DNA of 64,000 nucleotides. It comes from an uncultured Acidobacteriota bacterium. Lineage in GTDB: Bacteria > Acidobacteriota > Polarisedimenticolia > JACPZX01. The stretch lies in contig CAZMRF010000001.1 of the NCBI GenBank assembly GCA_964568735.1, forward strand, positions 283,215-347,214. The letters are read 5' to 3'. The position numbers and the translations under genes were made by a program. Position 1 is the first letter of the stretch. Every line of letters starts with the position of its first letter. The notes under the pieces are model-generated. The model worked only from the letters and a program-made list of their open reading frames with translations, made no database searches and was not told the origin of the DNA. Below, in pieces: positions 61,501 through 64,000 of the stretch.

Positions 61501-63008
61501 CTGACGTCGGGAGTCTGGTAGGTCGGGTCGAACAGGCTTCCGTAGTCCTGATAGATGTGCTCGACCCATCGAACCAGCTCTCCATCTCCGGCCGCAGCGC
61601 CCTCGCTGTTGAGGGGGCTGCCGCGGTAATACTCCGTCTGTCGCGTGAGGCCTTCGACCGCCGAACCGTCAAAATAGGGGGAGTAGTTGATGTACTTCGT
61701 CTGGTTCCCCATGGGATCTTTCATGATGACGAAATCGAACCACTTCACTGGATTCTGTTCGGCGCTCGACGTCGCGTGACGGGTATATGTCCAGACTGAA
61801 GAGATGGAATCCGCCGTGACCGTCTTCCGCTTCACCATCCTCGTGTAAACGTAGTGCTCCGAGAGGCCATAATTGAGATAGTCGTAGGCGTCGTACTCGT
61901 ACGCGACGGTTGCGCCCGCGGTACCCGCTGAGACCAACGATTGCTCCGTCAACTCGCCTGAGCCTGAGTCGTACTCGAAGGCGTAGTCGAAGATGCTCGA
62001 GCCGTCGGCTTTCTTGGGGCTTGCGCTGGACAGCAGGATCTGATCGTCGATGCTCGCGGAGGCCAGGTAATTCGAGAGCTCCAATGTTTGCGGCGCAAGG
62101 TATGAGAACGTGTACCGGGCAGTCGTGCTCGACTGTCCGTCAACGGCGGGCAGGATGATCTCCGACGTGAAGCCCCCTTCGACTTCGGTCCCTCCCCACC
62201 CTGGCTTCGTCGATTCGTTGACGAAGTCCACGGTCCGGTACGGCGTCGCCGACGATCCGATGAAATCCTGAATCTGATCAATGCAGTGAGGATGATTGAG
62301 ATCGTAATCGACCTCGACACGCGAGAGAATCGCGTTGGGATCCGGGCCGTGCCTGAGAATCCTGCTGGTCATCCAGCCCGTGCGGTCATCGTGTTCGACG
62401 GGATGGGGATCGGTGTCCTTTCGAGCGACATCGAAAACGTACTCGATCCCGTCGCCGGTCCATATCTGCCAGCTCACGACCTTGTTGGGATCGGCCGGGG
62501 TCGTCGGCTCGCTCAGCGTCACGAGCACTCTCATGTACGTCCCGTCCGTCGTCTTGCCCGTGTACTGAAGCTGCCCGTGGAGCCCGAGATTGAGGTGAAT
62601 GGGATGGAGCGTTCCGCGCTCGTCCTCGAAGTAGAAGCCCGTCATCTGGCCGCAGGCATAGCGGCAATGCTGGAAGACCCTTCCCATCCCGAGGTGCCAG
62701 CCCACTCCGAATGCCCCCCGTCTCGAGAGTGATCGCTCGGGATCGGGATTGAGGTGCCAGATTCGCCAGATCTTGGAGGAGTAGTTCAGGCTGAGCCCCC
62801 AGGACATGCCGGGAAGCTCCCAGCGCGGCCCGATGGGGATCGAAATCTCCAGGTCACCAGAGTAAGTGTTGATCGAGTCGTTGAGGGTCGAGCCCGTCTG
62901 GATCGAGTAGGTCGGCAGCCCTGTGGCTTCGTTTGCGTTATAGGCATCAAGTCGCGAAGCGGTTACAAGTAGCACGACGAGCAGACAAGGAACCCCCCGC
63001 TTGCTCAT
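55506..63008 (-). CDS. Secreted RHS/YD-repeat protein with FN3 domains, an RHS-core end motif, and a variable C-terminal toxin-like domain.
   Basis: Signal peptide MSKRGVPCLLVVLLVTAS with RBS GGGGGAG. Dozens of YD repeats (YDAVGDIL, YDYDGLGQV, YDAEGRLL, LDYDAAGRL). Several FN3-like modules. RHS core terminus DHLGTVRV...ARYYGSDQHRFLAADPV...NRYSYATNNPVGYRDDTGE, followed by an unmatched C-terminal domain of about 190 aa. GC is lower than the genome. Confidence 0.9.
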   Translation of the reverse strand: MSKRGVPCLLVVLLVTASRLDAYNANEATGLPTYSIQTGSTLNDSINTYSGDLEISIPIGPRWELPGMSWGLSLNYSSKIWRIWHLNPDPERSLSRRGAFGVGWHLGMGRVFQHCRYACGQMTGFYFEDERGTLHPIHLNLGLHGQLQYTGKTTDGTYMRVLVTLSEPTTPADPNKVVSWQIWTGDGIEYVFDVARKDTDPHPVEHDDRTGWMTSRILRHGPDPNAILSRVEVDYDLNHPHCIDQIQDFIGSSATPYRTVDFVNESTKPGWGGTEVEGGFTSEIILPAVDGQSSTTARYTFSYLAPQTLELSNYLASASIDDQILLSSASPKKADGSSIFDYAFEYDSGSGELTEQSLVSAGTAGATVAYEYDAYDYLNYGLSEHYVYTRMVKRKTVTADSISSVWTYTRHATSSAEQNPVKWFDFVIMKDPMGNQTKYINYSPYFDGSAVEGLTRQTEYYRGSPLNSEGAAAGDGELVRWVEHIYQDYGSLFDPTYQTPDVRLTRTRTTYPEVGKEVRVLNEAPVPYGHFEVTKEFGFESQDIPERTTQRLYIEPQSGPMYANWVKDALTESWIEDGSGSVLRKSWFTYEDDGKLKTVRRAVAPPAQSTADIVQTFNYDPDTGLLESNSVSGGDDGSWYGTRFYHTGPYITQKVTLALDPNDQEEEFSYFSFDVDRDPATGLILMSRDPSGIATSYWYDARGRLTRIEPSGVELPTEISYPSIWESRVVTGDPNSDRIEQRNYLDKRGRHVERRRWLSASQLVSQRMCYDKLDRQTYVSEWATWQAGSPPCPSASGDNLGTYYDYSFQDNGLTAPDPFGRIHKVTRADGATTEFAYSGTDSVATIRDINASPGTLGSASSVTRQRRDAFGRLTYVDSPEGADARYIYDAVGDILRVELVEGDTYYEPFIQHRTYDYDGLGQVRVAISPEEGTVLYVRYDAEGRLLEKVESDGTRVTLDYDAAGRLALVEQEIPMPGGGFGPLTPRAAYEYDDALVTNGLGRLTRVWSFDETGSATASRRFFYDGLNGRLGQEKTQFSLWDGLSGFQAGDPEFTTCYTYNELGLPAATRYPATADCSTYTADQVANLSYLHSFGMLKRVNDSRRNPLATPSDPNWSLIRDVLYNDAGGVKEVAYANGVTNIIEHDSMYRPRQIRAKHDNGQGSVNWLLDTGFHEYDGAGNISYIGYDFFEYDLAGRLTHMWMYDDNVHTAPAQAWFEQWWEYDDFGNILAVDSNNNGASASQALFSIDPYTNRILTQSGSLFEYDQRGNLREDIAQRYLFDSRNRLAAVKHDSKTYPIGVYAYDAGGMRFYKESPETGERIFYVRDSEGNVLSEFIPSGAGLSAGFWQKDYFYALGRVIGKAEELRPKPLAVKSYMTSPAIGPHWVTLEFPAVEADVTGFRIYKKEWVGGWVPIATVATPALQWQDPNMIGSGEFRHYRIAALRGTDESVTSRGLRMQPFATLQAPDPNALGLTVTATEHAVVLSWERAPGDNGPFVADPATVFQGYNVWRTIDPNSSSWAKLNTFPLTGTTFYDLGVSVGQTYFYELRGVSTDGSEDWGELVSATPQDGMPPAVPLGVRATPGPLANEVTVAWWPSSESDLQEFRIWRLEEDPNGGPDQLVLRGTASAYLTAWTDSGLTLPAPGESYVYAVSAKDYDGNESSKSPTVEARPRVASPQAPQIEANALLGLYGASAFIAYGPAGINAAEYDEFRLYRREVGDPEKAWDLVHSAPVSHVYPPEGEEIPPTHAFDPDYVDLGVDRCRVYDYIVNGISTSGEETEDSLVRRLEWILEPNIPTVHLGVAGKVHFNAEGFKQCSLVGSAYEVLQWKLIQQRPPTDPNYTPPPNTFTFDPAAGFINVNPPVDPNGLAVWAYALRADIINLYETTDPNNPVITMTFMSQDVCVDENRQVVDDDTACPDLDGSQPFYDPNIYCCAPPQVFGDTWQEEEMGHRMPLVLRGGGRRASVSNLPEVIEGPPGEAGWRMAKRSDSHDDLPESAVAEATITLLREGHAEERFRGGTGPAHRSAGVSNGQGREVPVGLSDSDIPVAIASLQHSDLPGRTGRPGRTLSPTADAPPAGGQDASGRSPDWSISPEKPLLLEVEQSEASGASRPIGITPPAADDSWQEPQREAPGSAPGSLEGSAGTEGPGELLAARFGVTSLLGVSLEAEGGLNSVLLLITGATGKAFEWEFFSWDHLGTVRVITNEAGQKTFETKHLPFSEEMLGQGLAVTGNTHRFTGHERDESTRLDYMFARYYGSDQHRFLAADPVTITSLRLHIPLRFNRYSYATNNPVGYRDDTGEDVTLASRDVDWSPAGNHAFFIITPTGENATRFANLVNSSTGTITLSGFEGEKGKLTGKVNDKRDIGREDQTVELTPPEGQTMEQFEANVIEAFQSYPNNQPYGPTGSGSGEYNSNGLASGILEAAGADSEEIGGELRGWHPGWGKGVPLPDATRNDKGKRSGDSSERAPGEHSDRYKQDEADAEQAKKDSEERLRNF

Positions 63009-63195
63009 GGCAATCTCCCCCAAGGGTTGGAACGGACGGCGGGACTGGCGTTGAAGCTCGAGGAGGCGAGCCTGGAAAGTCCAGCGTAGAAGCGACTGCG
63101 GCGGACATGGGGAGCTCAGAATGTCCCAGAATGTCCCATCTGGATAATTGCCGGGCAGGACTTTTCTACCTTGATCCGCTCTCCCTGTCAATCCC

Positions 63196-63561
63196 CTATT
63201 TGCCTTGAAAGGCGGGGCGGTTTCCGAGGCCTCGGCGGGTCCGAGGTGCGAGCTCGCTGATCAGCAATGCGTAGGCTGGCGATGGGTTCGAATCGAGGCC
63301 GGACTGAGCCTCGGAGAGAGCCTCGTCGAGGAGGCTCATCATGATAAGCGCTGCGGCGAGCGCTGGCCCGGCGGTGACGAGGTCGGGGTCGATCGCGAGC
63401 GCCTCCCCATAGCACCGCTCAGCCTCGAGGAGCCGCCTCATCGCCAGGAACGATGCGGCGCGCTTGCTGTTGGCGATGGCGAGAGTCGGTTCTACCGCCG
63501 TCGCGCCGCCGAGTGCCTCTACGGCTTCGTCGTGGCGTCCGCCCCGCGCTGAGCACCTCAT
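63196..63561 (-). CDS. Possible TPR-like fragment or hypothetical ORF.
   Basis: Ala/Leu-rich helical repeats only. Weak support. Confidence 0.25.
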   Translation of the reverse strand: MRCSARGGRHDEAVEALGGATAVEPTLAIANSKRAASFLAMRRLLEAERCYGEALAIDPDLVTAGPALAAALIMMSLLDEALSEAQSGLDSNPSPAYALLISELAPRTRRGLGNRPAFQGK

Positions 63562-63588
63562 GGGTCCCGGTGAGCGGGAAGGATTCGG

Positions 63589-64000
63589 TCAGGTCAGGTC
63601 GTCGCGCCCATCCTTGCGGAGACGCTCGACAACCTCGCGCACACGCTGGGACTCCCCCTTCCGGCAGATCAGGAGAGCGTCGTCCGTGTCGACCACGATG
63701 AGATCCTCGACGCCGACGAGCGCGACGAGCCGCTTGTTGCCGCGGACGAAGCAGCCCTTCGCCCCCACGGAGACGCTGTCGCCCTGGAAGGCGTTCCCGC
63801 CCGCCTCCCTGGGAGCCATCTCCTCGATGGCGTCCCACGAGCCGACGTCGCTCCATCCGGCGTCGCAGGGCACGACGAGGACGTTCGGGGCCTTTTCCAT
63901 CACGGCGTAGTCGATCGAGATGGACTCCTGGGCCTCGAAGATCTCCTTGACGACCCGCGCGACACCCGGGAGAGCCATCGGATCGAGCACGGGCCCTTCG
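63589..64000 (-). CDS. manC: Mannose-1-phosphate guanylyltransferase (ManC/AlgA/CpsB family). C-terminal part of the gene; the rest continues beyond the window.
   Basis: Hallmark motif DAGWSDVGSW and neighbouring conserved blocks. The ORF runs off the window end. Confidence 0.7.
   Translation of the reverse strand, partial: EGPVLDPMALPGVARVVKEIFEAQESISIDYAVMEKAPNVLVVPCDAGWSDVGSWDAIEEMAPREAGGNAFQGDSVSVGAKGCFVRGNKRLVALVGVEDLIVVDTDDALLICRKGESQRVREVVERLRKDGRDDLT

Overview
This is a high-GC (about 70%) bacterial chromosomal segment with dense operons; many adjacent genes overlap by 4 bp (ATGA, GTGA or TTGA), so that the stop codon of one lies inside the start codon of the next. From start to end it contains the following.

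(1) A regulatory operon encoding a GspE/PilB-type secretion ATPase fused to a C-terminal receiver domain, a small CXC-motif protein, and a large hybrid sensor kinase (PAS, HisKA, HATPase, two REC domains, Hpt).

(2) A translationally coupled minus-strand operon: a GcvT-family (folate-binding aminomethyltransferase-like) gene followed by two tandem paralogous FAD/amine-oxidase (CrtI-family) oxidoreductases.

(3) An OmpR-type two-component pair, a PDZ protein, an M20 amidohydrolase, a DUF2157/GDYXXLXY membrane pair, a ROK kinase, a lipoprotein and an MFS transporter.

(4) A roughly 28 kb Wzx/Wzy-type exopolysaccharide locus. It carries Wzc and Wza homologues, a methyltransferase, an SGNH hydrolase, a priming sugar transferase, one GT2 and six GT4 glycosyltransferases, a Wzy-like polymerase and a Wzx flippase. 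Embedded in it are a CHASE2-PAS-GGDEF-EAL c-di-GMP enzyme with FecR-domain and outer-membrane partners, an OmpA/VWA pair, two PF14907-like nucleotidyltransferases (one fused to a P-loop kinase), and a lower-GC AAA-ATPase (DUF4143) insertion.

(5) A complete IS21-family element (istA/istB, multi-repeat terminal IRs, 6-7 bp target-site duplication) that itself carries a nested recombinase-in-trio (RIT) element: three overlapping tyrosine recombinase genes bounded by perfect 37-bp inverted repeats.

(6) A lower-GC (about 55-60%) island encoding a 2500-aa Sec-signal RHS/YD-repeat protein with FN3 domains and an unclassifiable C-terminal toxin-like tip, followed by a small 4-TM candidate immunity protein.

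(7) The 3' part of a mannose-1-phosphate guanylyltransferase gene at the window edge.

Most long ORFs antisense to these genes are high-GC artefacts.
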